IMG/VR virus record: IMGVR_UViG_3300028591_000090
Span: 1-64,000 of that record
DNA: 64,000 bases
Reading direction: 5' to 3' (one strand)
Source: a virus
Lineage: Duplodnaviria; Caudoviricetes
Shown: piece after piece, positions 50,293-57,903 of the stretch
Numbering within the stretch: the stretch's first letter is position 1
Layout: each line of letters begins with the position of its first letter
Translations under genes and position numbers: made by a program
The notes under the pieces: generated by a model
Told to the model about the DNA's origin: nothing
The model's database searches: none
What the model saw: the letters and a program-made list of their open reading frames with translations, nothing else

Positions 50293-50363
50293 CTCGGTCG
50301 AAGGGACTCGAACCCTCATACGCCCCCGTCAATGGGGCTGTTCTACCGTTAAACTACAACCAA
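50293..50363 (-). tRNA. atypical tRNA (loop ATTGACG, nominal TGA on class I body)
   Basis: full cloverleaf, non-canonical loop. Confidence 0.55.
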
Positions 50364-50458
50364 GAAACACATTCTAACGCTGCAACATTATTATGTGCCA
50401 ATGGACATAAATGCTTTAATCGTTTGCAGACAATCTTTGCATTCGCCAATCCATTTAG

Positions 50459-50530
50459 AACAAGAAATGAGAATCGAACTCACATATCCAGTTTTGAAGA
50501 CTGGAGCACTAACCGTTGTGCTATTCTTGC
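50459..50530 (-). tRNA. opal suppressor tRNA (TCA), Gly-like body
   Basis: CCAGT-CTTCAAA-ACTGG. Confidence 0.85.
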
Positions 50531-50539
50531 ATTTTTATG

Positions 50540-50626
50540 TGGCTCAAATCGGACTCGAACCGATACGAGCATTTCTGCCCCTGGGATTTTAAGTCCCATG
50601 CGTACTACCAATTTCGCCACTGAGCC
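50540..50626 (-). tRNA. tRNA-Leu(TAA)
   Basis: class II cloverleaf. Confidence 0.92.
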
Positions 50627-50634
50627 AAAATTTG

Positions 50635-50751
50635 AGTCGCCAACTGGATTCGAACCAGTATCTCCAATGTGATTTAGGAAAATCTTACGTATTGTACAGA
50701 ATGAGGCTGTACCGACCTCAAATACGTTGGCACCTATTAGACGATGGCGAC
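50635..50751 (-). ncRNA. tRNA-like RNA with pseudoknot insertion
   Basis: perfect acceptor and T arm, ~45 nt insert. Confidence 0.65.
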
Positions 50752-50757
50752 AAAAAG

Positions 50758-50860
50758 TTGTGTTAGATGGATTCGAACCAACAATGTATGCTATTCTACA
50801 TGCTTATTTACATACTCCTACCACAAATGTAGGTGGGTTTACCATTTCCCCTATAACACG
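50758..50860 (-). pseudogene. atypical tRNA (TTG loop, oversized variable arm)
   Basis: D, anticodon and T arms present. Confidence 0.55.
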
Positions 50861-50867
50861 AATTTTG

Positions 50868-50939
50868 TTGCGAGAGAGGGATTCGAACCCACGACCTACA
50901 GCTTATGAGGCTGCCGAGCTACCTCTGCTCTATCTCGCA
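50868..50939 (-). tRNA. tRNA-Met(CAT), initiator-like
   Basis: cloverleaf. Confidence 0.85.
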
Positions 50940-50952
50940 ATATATTTTATTG

Positions 50953-51026
50953 TGGTCGTTCTACGACTCGAACGTAGGACTTCTTCGGTATCAGCGAAGT
51001 ACTCTAACCAACTGAGTTAAACGACC
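50953..51026 (-). tRNA. tRNA-Ile(GAT)
   Basis: cloverleaf. Confidence 0.88.
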
Positions 51027-51029
51027 AAG

Positions 51030-51435
51030 AATAATCAAAACTAAAAAGTGTGTTTAATCATTAAGTAACATTATAGTAAACACAGATTATTGTCTACATC
51101 CGTAACACGGCTTTCGTTACTAATCACTTTGCAAGCAAAGGCAACAATAATCTTTTACTTTTTTACAAACTCTTTTTCTGTTCGATGGCGAGTTTATTTA
51201 TGGTCCATTTCCGTTGCCAAGTAACATAATTCATAGCAAACAATCACGGAAACCTACGATGAGTTGTTGAGTAACAAACAAAAGTTGCTATATCAAGGAC
51301 GACATATATATAATCGGCTAAATGACCGACTTTCAGAACCTTGTTCTGCTATCCGAGATTATCTTACCTTGATTTAAGATAGATACAAATTCATTGTATC
51401 TCTTGGAGAGTTTAGGCAGTAGTTGTCTTTCTACT
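51030..51435 (-). ncRNA. unassigned large structured RNA ~400 nt
   Basis: no ORF; many hairpins. Confidence 0.55.
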
Positions 51436-51437
51436 TG

Positions 51438-51511
51438 CGGGTAGTACGAGATTCGAACTCGTGAACTCCTCATAGACAGTGAGGAATGATAGACCGCTTC
51501 ACCAACTACCC
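51438..51511 (-). tRNA. tRNA-Asp(GTC)
   Basis: cloverleaf. Confidence 0.9.
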
Positions 51512-51629
51512 AAATTTGAGGTTATTTTTATACGTATGGCTCGTAAACTTATTCTGTCTTTCTTATGCGTTCTGCTGTTACACATTAGTCTAAAGAAGTA
51601 ACATCTATAAGTATATTTACGATTTCCAT

Positions 51630-51730
51630 TTCACCTCAAGCATCATTTGTTTAAATGCTTACGTTTACATCTTTTTCCTTTTCCCGTATGTCAAAGAACT
51701 CGTTTGTTTTATTTAACGATGCAAATATAC
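51630..51730 (-). promoter_or_regulatory. internal promoter plus boxA-like leader 2
   Basis: gtatatttgc; gttctttgacatacgggaaaa shared with 53775-53796. Confidence 0.75.
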
Positions 51731-51785
51731 AACAATGTTTTGAAACAACCAAATAAAACAACAACTTTTTTTTATTTTTTTTTTG

Positions 51786-51871
51786 CGGAGATTGTAGGAC
51801 TTGAACCTACACGTCTTACGACTACTGACAGTTTAGCAAACTGCTCCCTTACCAATTAGGGTTAAATCTCC
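51786..51871 (-). tRNA. tRNA-Ser(GCT)
   Basis: class II cloverleaf. Confidence 0.9.
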
Positions 51872-51881
51872 ATATTATATG

Positions 51882-51954
51882 TACTCGTGCAGAGACTCGA
51901 ACTCCAATCTTCAGATCCGTAGTCTGATATTCTAATCCATTGAACTACACGAGC
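51882..51954 (-). tRNA. tRNA-Arg(ACG)
   Basis: cloverleaf. Confidence 0.9.
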
Positions 51955-51959
51955 AGTTG

Positions 51960-52031
51960 AGCACTCTATTGGAGTCAAACCAATTTATACGGTTTTGCAG
52001 ACCGCCACCTAAATCGTCCGGTACAGAGTGC
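51960..52031 (-). tRNA. tRNA-Cys(GCA)
   Basis: cloverleaf, somewhat divergent. Confidence 0.8.
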
Positions 52032-52195
52032 AAAAATGTGTTGGAAAATCCTCGTGCAACACCACACGCCAACTCAACGATTTGGCTCCATCTCGTAAGA
52101 TGCTACTTTAGAAAGTTTTCCCAAAGCATTCACACAATTAGTGTGAGAGACGTTTCGATCCTACTTTTAACATGTATTATATGTAGGCTATAATG

Positions 52196-52267
52196 AGCAG
52201 ATAAAGAGAATCGAACTCTCATCTCCAGAGTGGAAGTCTGGAGCACTAACCATTGTGCTATATCTGC
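52196..52267 (-). tRNA. tRNA-Gly(TCC)
   Basis: cloverleaf. Confidence 0.9.
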
Positions 52268-52272
52268 ATAAA

Positions 52273-52512
52273 TTATCTTAATTCAATTAATTCTTCTTTT
52301 TCTATTGCTTTACGAATCCAACGCATCAAAATAATTGCTTTATCATAATGGCACATAAACGTAGCAGTTTCTCCTACATCGTGTGTGTCTGCCAAATTGA
52401 TTTCCAATTGATATTTTTTACCACTTTCTGACGTTAATTCATAAATTGCAACACCGCCTGCTTTAACGCAAACCATATCTGCATTTCCTTTAATAATATC
52501 TTTCAAATCCAT
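52273..52512 (-). CDS. conserved small phage protein inside tRNA array
   Basis: DVG.TATF....KAI.LMRWIRKAI. Confidence 0.75.
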   Translation of the reverse strand: MDLKDIIKGNADMVCVKAGGVAIYELTSESGKKYQLEINLADTHDVGETATFMCHYDKAIILMRWIRKAIEKEELIELR

Positions 52513-52531
52513 AATATATGTATTATTTTTG

Positions 52532-52604
52532 TCTGGGTAGCAAGACTCGAACTTGCGACCTGATGGTCCCAAACCACCCGTTCTACCAACTGAACTATAC
52601 CCAG
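52532..52604 (-). tRNA. tRNA-Pro(TGG)
   Basis: cloverleaf. Confidence 0.9.
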
Positions 52605-52613
52605 TTTATTTAG

Positions 52614-52686
52614 TGACTCCGATGAGGTTCGAACTCATGACCCCATCCTTAAAAGGGATGTGCTCTCCCAACTGAGCTACGAAGTC
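52614..52686 (-). tRNA. tRNA-Lys(TTT)
   Basis: cloverleaf. Confidence 0.92.
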
Positions 52687-52954
52687 ATGTGCTAATATCG
52701 TATGTTCTTCGTTTTGTTTGTTCTGGGCGGTTAAAAGAGAACAACAGATTTGGTAGTCTTTTCAATCTTAGCATTTTCTGAAAAGAATCGTTCCGCACCT
52801 ACGTCTAACTTTTGTACTATTCACCACGAGTTTACGATGACCTTGAGTCTGTTTACGATTACCAGTCGTTCCAGAAGTCCATCTACATAGTTACTTTGGC
52901 AAGTTTCGTCTATGCCAGCGTTTGTTTATAACCTCAACGCAATTTGGTATTTTG

Positions 52955-53029
52955 TGGAAGCGATGGGACTTGAACCCACGACTTTCTGCGTGCAAGGCAG
53001 ATGTTCTAGCCAAACTGAACTACACCCCC
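52955..53029 (-). tRNA. tRNA-Ala(TGC)
   Basis: cloverleaf, G3:U70. Confidence 0.9.
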
Positions 53030-53261
53030 ATAAAAGAATCTTGACGTATTTCTTATGAGAATTCCTTCAACGGATTATTTAGTGCCATTAAATAACCATT
53101 CCTTTGATTTTGTCTGTTATGCATAAATGAACTTATGCACTCTAACCATATGTCATATACGTTAGAATGTTTTCCCGACAAATCGTGAAGGTTAAGGCTC
53201 AAAGTACTAAGTTTACCTTTTCTTCACGACTGCTATGATATAGCGTCAGGCTGCAATTGCG

Positions 53262-53346
53262 TGGGAGAGGAGGGATTCGAACCCCCTGTGTTTCTATGTG
53301 CTGGTTTTACAGACCAGTGCTACTCCACCATCGTAGCCGCTCTCCC
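53262..53346 (-). tRNA. tRNA-Tyr(GTA)
   Basis: class II cloverleaf. Confidence 0.9.
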
Positions 53347-53352
53347 AAAATG

Positions 53353-53439
53353 CGGAGAGGGAGGGATTTGAACCCCCGGTGCTTTTTAGGGCACGACGGT
53401 TTTCAAGACCGTTGCAATAAGCCTCTCTGCCACCTCTCC
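53353..53439 (-). tRNA. tRNA-Ser(TGA)
   Basis: class II cloverleaf. Confidence 0.92.
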
Positions 53440-53452
53440 GAGTAAAATTTTG

Positions 53453-53526
53453 TTGGCTTAGTGAGACTCGAACTCACACTTTATAGGTTTTGAATCTATT
53501 TCCTCTACCGATTGGGATACAAGCCA
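53453..53526 (-). tRNA. tRNA-Leu(CAA), short variable loop
   Basis: cloverleaf. Confidence 0.85.
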
Positions 53527-53533
53527 ATGTTGT

Positions 53534-53587
53534 CTATCTAGTGTGATTCGAACACACGTGCTCATGTTTCTAATGCAGGCCTAGATA
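53534..53587 (-). pseudogene. D-armless tRNA remnant
   Basis: TATCTAG/CTAGATA and GTGTG-TTCGAAT-CACAC. Confidence 0.55.
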
Positions 53588-53601
53588 ATGATAAAATTAA
53601 G

Positions 53602-53674
53602 AGCTCCCACACGGATTTGAACCGCAGTCCCCTGATTACAAGTCAGGTATAATAACCAACTATACGATAGGAGC
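53602..53674 (-). tRNA. tRNA-Thr(TGT)
   Basis: cloverleaf. Confidence 0.9.
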
Positions 53675-53713
53675 GTAAGAAGGTTTTTGTTGTTACACAG
53701 GTGGATAAACCAC

Positions 53714-53850
53714 TTCACCTTTAGCATCATTTAATAAATGCTTCTGCGTTTGTTTGAATTTTGCTCTATAATCTTTTTCCCGTATGTCAAAGAACTTTTG
53801 GATTATTTGTTGTCGGTTTATCCATTCCGATTTTTTTTGCAAATATACAC
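53714..53850 (-). promoter_or_regulatory. promoter plus boxA-like leader 1 of RNA operon
   Basis: gtatatttgc; aagttctttgacatacggg. Confidence 0.75.
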
Positions 53851-53864
53851 AATATTTTTAAATT

Positions 53865-54027
53865 AAAAAAGGCTTTTGAATTTTTTTTATGTTCAAAAGC
53901 CTTTTCGATATATATATTGTGTATTGATTTCTACCTAAAAGACTTTTGAACATAAACGAGGGGCACTTTCGCAATTTTTATGTTGCGAATACAATGTTGT
54001 TCCTGCTATGTTAAAAATCTTTTTCAT
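53865..54027 (-). promoter_or_regulatory. putative leader-peptide attenuator (30-aa ORF 54027..53935)
   Basis: mutually exclusive 1:2 and 2:3 hairpins with T-run. Confidence 0.6.
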
Positions 54028-54219
54028 TTTTTTTATTTATTATTAAATTTTTATTTCTTTTTAAATTTTAAATTTTGGTAAACATTCATCATTTTCTTTT
54101 TTTAATTTTTCTAAATCACTCTTATATGGTTTTCTACCATTTTTTTGATTTTTCTTTAATCTTCCACCACCAATAAGAGGGATTCTTTTTCCAACATAAA
54201 ATCCCATAATTTTTAAATT

Positions 54220-54753
54220 TTAATCAAACCAATAAATTATTCTAATATTTTCTGTTTCTAAATGAAATCCTTCTTCATTACATGATAGGTCAGATTGATA
54301 TACTTGACCTAAAATTTCGTGAAAGAAAGAATGTAAATTCACATAATCGTTAAATGCAGAAAACTCATCTTCCAATATTGCATTTACATCTTTTCTTTCG
54401 AGGTCATCAAAAGATTTATCTTTTAGTAAACCTCTACATATTTCGTATTCATTATAATGACAGAAAGCATTTAGTTCATTATGCAATCTTCCATAGTGGA
54501 AATCACCCAATTGTGATATTTCTGCTAAAGTTGCCCAAGATTGTCCATAACTATTTTTTGATTGTGCAAAACTATTTACTTTTGCAGTACAATCTTTTGG
54601 CAAACCTCTTTTTTCAAATGGTCTTTCCTCGAAACTATTAGCAGAAAACATATCACGTATTCTACCTTGTTTCCATTGTGGACGTTTAGAAATTAATTTC
54701 CAAGTACCATCTGAATATTTTGCTTCTACTATGTAATTAAAATATGAACTCAT
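54220..54753 (-). CDS. conserved phage protein
   Basis: RGLPKD...SWATL.E...RIIYWFD. Confidence 0.75.
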   Translation of the reverse strand: MSSYFNYIVEAKYSDGTWKLISKRPQWKQGRIRDMFSANSFEERPFEKRGLPKDCTAKVNSFAQSKNSYGQSWATLAEISQLGDFHYGRLHNELNAFCHYNEYEICRGLLKDKSFDDLERKDVNAILEDEFSAFNDYVNLHSFFHEILGQVYQSDLSCNEEGFHLETENIRIIYWFD

Positions 54754-54828
54754 TTTCTATTTCATTTACGGTGCAAATATACAAATAATTTTTTAATTTG
54801 CAAAATATTTTTTAATTTTTTTTTGAAA

Positions 54829-55284
54829 TTATTTTCCAGTTGAACCGAAACCACCATCTCCACGTTCTGTTTCAGACAATTCTTCTGCAACGACAAATTG
54901 AATTTCTGGGATTGGAACAATCATCAACTGACCAACTCTATCACCAACAGAATATTCAGTACAGATTTTTTTAACGCTACTTGATGTATTGATTTGTTTT
55001 ACGTGTCTATTATATTTGAAAATAATTTCACCTCTATAACCAGAATCAATAACGCCAACGGAATTACATAGAGATAAGTCTGTTTTTGATACAGAACTTC
55101 TTGGGAACAATAATGCAACGTGTCCTTTAGGTACTTCAATAGCAAGACCAGTTCCATAGGCAACAACTTCACCGTTCTTTTCTTCTGTTCTACTTGTTGC
55201 TACCAAATCAACACAAGCATCACCATCTTTTGCATATGCAGGAATAACTGCATCTTCGTTTAACTTTTTAATTTTTACTTCCAT
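54829..55284 (-). CDS. dut: dUTPase
   Basis: FPRSS, GVIDSGYRGEI, RGDGGFGSTG. Confidence 0.96.
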   Translation of the reverse strand: MEVKIKKLNEDAVIPAYAKDGDACVDLVATSRTEEKNGEVVAYGTGLAIEVPKGHVALLFPRSSVSKTDLSLCNSVGVIDSGYRGEIIFKYNRHVKQINTSSSVKKICTEYSVGDRVGQLMIVPIPEIQFVVAEELSETERGDGGFGSTGK

Positions 55285-55287
55285 ATT

Positions 55288-55572
55288 TTAAATATTATTT
55301 TTTTTCTCTAAATAATCATTAGCTACGAATTTCAAACTATATAGCACATCCGTTTTTCTATAATAGATATTCACGGGGTCTTGCACTTGCTCGCACGACC
55401 AACCTATTCCTGCCTCAAAAGCACCTATAAAAACATCAATCGCATTTTTTACAAAAGCATCTCTTTCTTCTTTTTGAGATTCATTAGGATAATATTCTAA
55501 CGCCTTATCTTTTAAAACATCAATAAATGTTTTATTTTTTTGTTCGTTTAACTTTTTAATTTTTACTTCCAT
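55288..55572 (-). CDS. hypothetical protein sharing dut N-terminus MEVKIKKLNE
   Basis: ~35 bp direct repeat with dut start. Confidence 0.65.
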   Translation of the reverse strand: MEVKIKKLNEQKNKTFIDVLKDKALEYYPNESQKEERDAFVKNAIDVFIGAFEAGIGWSCEQVQDPVNIYYRKTDVLYSLKFVANDYLEKKNNI

Positions 55573-55577
55573 ATTTT

Positions 55578-56027
55578 TTATAAATTATTTTCTAATTTTT
55601 CAAGTTCTTCTACCAATTTGATTTGCGAAAAGAAACATTTCTTTTTTGCTTCTTCCAAAGTAAAAAATGTTGGATTGCAAACCTCTGGAATTTCAACATC
55701 TTTATCATTTACTTTTATGATGCACGTATTTGATTTGAAATTATCAAAATCAAACTCACCATGTGCTAAAAATATTTTAAGATATTTTTTATTAACGGTT
55801 GTAATATGTTCGTTATTCTGGTCCTCATCATAAACAAGATAAATATCTCCGTTTATTTTATTATTTGTTTCTTCAAAGAACTCTCTTCTTGCACACTCTT
55901 CAAAATCTTCTCCCTCATTAACAACACCTTTAGGAACACCAAAACATCTTTCACGATTATTCCCTGTTGCTTGAACAAAAAGATATTTTCCGTCTTTATT
56001 TCTTAATGCAATTCCACAACTTACCAT
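55578..56027 (-). CDS. Nudix hydrolase
   Basis: PKG.....E....CARREFFEETN. Confidence 0.9.
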   Translation of the reverse strand: MVSCGIALRNKDGKYLFVQATGNNRERCFGVPKGVVNEGEDFEECARREFFEETNNKINGDIYLVYDEDQNNEHITTVNKKYLKIFLAHGEFDFDNFKSNTCIIKVNDKDVEIPEVCNPTFFTLEEAKKKCFFSQIKLVEELEKLENNL

Positions 56028-56031
56028 AATA

Positions 56032-56250
56032 TTAATCTCCTATAGAACAAATTTCATCAAGAACGAACATATATGAATCCTCGACAGAATCTAATGCATC
56101 TAACCAGAAATCTTCAAAATCGCCTTTGATTACATATCTAACAACTGATACTAAAGTTGCACCAGTTAAAAAAAACAGAATAGTTGTTATCATAAAACAA
56201 AAAAATAAGATAACCAACAAAATAACTAAAAGTCTTTTAAGATATTTCAT
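56032..56250 (-). CDS. small membrane protein
   Basis: hydrophobic. Confidence 0.6.
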   Translation of the reverse strand: MKYLKRLLVILLVILFFCFMITTILFFLTGATLVSVVRYVIKGDFEDFWLDALDSVEDSYMFVLDEICSIGD

Positions 56251-56410
56251 AAATTAATAAAATTTTTTATCGTCAACAAATATTTTACCACAATGCTTAC
56301 AAGCGTATACACGATGAAGTTCTTTTAGGTATTCTTTTCTGTCTGTATACTCAAAATAGTAAGACTTATCTTCATTTAGAAGCTCCCACTCATGTTTGCA
56401 AAATAATTTT

Positions 56411-56623
56411 TCAAATATTTTTTTCATAGTTAGTATATTTTTCTTGTGAACACGAACAACTGTCTATATTTTGCTTTTCTAATATTTCAACCTTAATTAA
56501 TTCTAAAGCATCACATTGATGCTCAAACATCAAGACATCTTCTCTTGTCAATAGACTAATTAAGCCTCCAGTAATTAATCCACCAATAACTACACCGAAT
56601 AAAAAACATTCTAACTGTTTCAT
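56411..56623 (-). CDS. small membrane-anchored protein
   Basis: ORF after promoter. Confidence 0.55.
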   Translation of the reverse strand: MKQLECFLFGVVIGGLITGGLISLLTREDVLMFEHQCDALELIKVEILEKQNIDSCSCSQEKYTNYEKNI

Positions 56624-56670
56624 AACCTTTACTTTTTATAATTTAACTCTGCAAATATACAAAATAAAAA

Positions 56671-56922
56671 TCAATTAACCAAATTATTTTCATATTTTTG
56701 TTTATCGACATTATAAGACACCCAAGTAGTATAATCGCATTTAGGACAGTCATATCCTCTACCACCTTGGCTATCTGTATCAAATAATTTCAATTTATTT
56801 CCACAACAAGGGCATATTCCATTGTTGTAGGATTTCTTTTCTCTATTATAAGCAATCAAAAAAATTGCTATCCAAATGAGGATAACAATTGCCATTAAAA
56901 TATAAAATAATATACAACACAT
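56671..56922 (-). CDS. TM plus Zn-ribbon protein
   Basis: CPCC...DSQGGRGYDCPKC. Confidence 0.7.
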   Translation of the reverse strand: MCCILFYILMAIVILIWIAIFLIAYNREKKSYNNGICPCCGNKLKLFDTDSQGGRGYDCPKCDYTTWVSYNVDKQKYENNLVN

Positions 56923-56950
56923 AATTTATTTTTTTTTAGTTTTTTTTAAA

Positions 56951-56971
56951 AAAAAGGGTTTGTGAAACCCT
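56951..56971 (-). terminator. intrinsic terminator
   Basis: agggttt-cac-aaaccct plus T-run. Confidence 0.75.
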
Positions 56972-57520
56972 ACCACACTATGTTACCATAGATAAACAAC
57001 GCCTTTCACTAGTATACTTGGCATCAATCGTAATATGAGTTTATATCTCATGTTCTCTAACTAGTATAACGAGGGTTTCCCTTAGCCGCAGCACCCACGA
57101 TGATATAGTTGTTTGTTGTGGTCTTGACTGCTTTACCATATTGAAATTCTTGCAAGTAAGTTTGTTTTGAATATATGTAGGATTTCATACCTACAACTTC
57201 CTACAGCCTAGTAGTCCTCTGATTCTTGACGGTAATATATTCTCAAACCAATTTCAACTTAGGTATCTCCTTTTCAGTCTACACGATTATAAGAATCTTT
57301 TATCCAGTGCAATGGGCTGTCTTCTTCCATTTTATTGACAGCATCTTCTCATTTTCGCTCGGAATAATCCTTACACATTATTAGTTAGTGTTACAAATGT
57401 AATAGATTCACCATACAATGCCTACGGCTTACTCTTATGCCTTTACCAAGGCAGCTATTACATTAAGGATTTCCCGAATTTAGGAGATTCTACATAGGGA
57501 TTTCTCGCCTATGCACACAA
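56970..57520 (-). ncRNA. free-standing group I intron-like RNA
   Basis: P3, P4, P5, P6, P7, P8, P9.0 pairings identifiable. Confidence 0.8.
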
Positions 57521-57560
57521 AATTATTTCAAAGAACTCTTTAATAAATTTTGGAGGTTAT

Positions 57561-57857
57561 TTATCCTTCAAATTCCTCTTTCATTTTGTGAATATTGTAT
57601 TCTTCATCATCCTCCATAAATTTTTTAATATTATCAAATTTTACTTTCAATCCATCTTCACCTAACATATCTCTAAATGATAGCAAATCTCTTTTTGCAC
57701 GGTCTCTTTCTTCTGGATAATCACGGTCATCTGCCATATAGGAACAGAATACTTTCATGTTGTAACTATGAATTTCTTTGTAAATAAGTTCTGTTACTTC
57801 GAGATTTAATTCAAATTTCTTTGAAAGTTTTTCAATGTATGCTTCATATCTTTTCAT
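57561..57857 (-). CDS. hypothetical protein
   Basis: ORF after promoter. Confidence 0.7.
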   Translation of the reverse strand: MKRYEAYIEKLSKKFELNLEVTELIYKEIHSYNMKVFCSYMADDRDYPEERDRAKRDLLSFRDMLGEDGLKVKFDNIKKFMEDDEEYNIHKMKEEFEG

Positions 57858-57903
57858 AACATTACATTTTTTAATTTAACTCTGCAAATATACAAAATAA
57901 AAA

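Noticed and set aside
47700-53800. tmRNA, RNase P RNA, hammerhead or theta/HDV ribozymes
   Set aside because: No GAGGAAAGUC, tmRNA ends, CUGANGA core or HDV L3 signature found by eye; a CM search is still warranted
47947-53949. + strand ORFs across the tRNA array
   Set aside because: Antisense translations of tRNA genes
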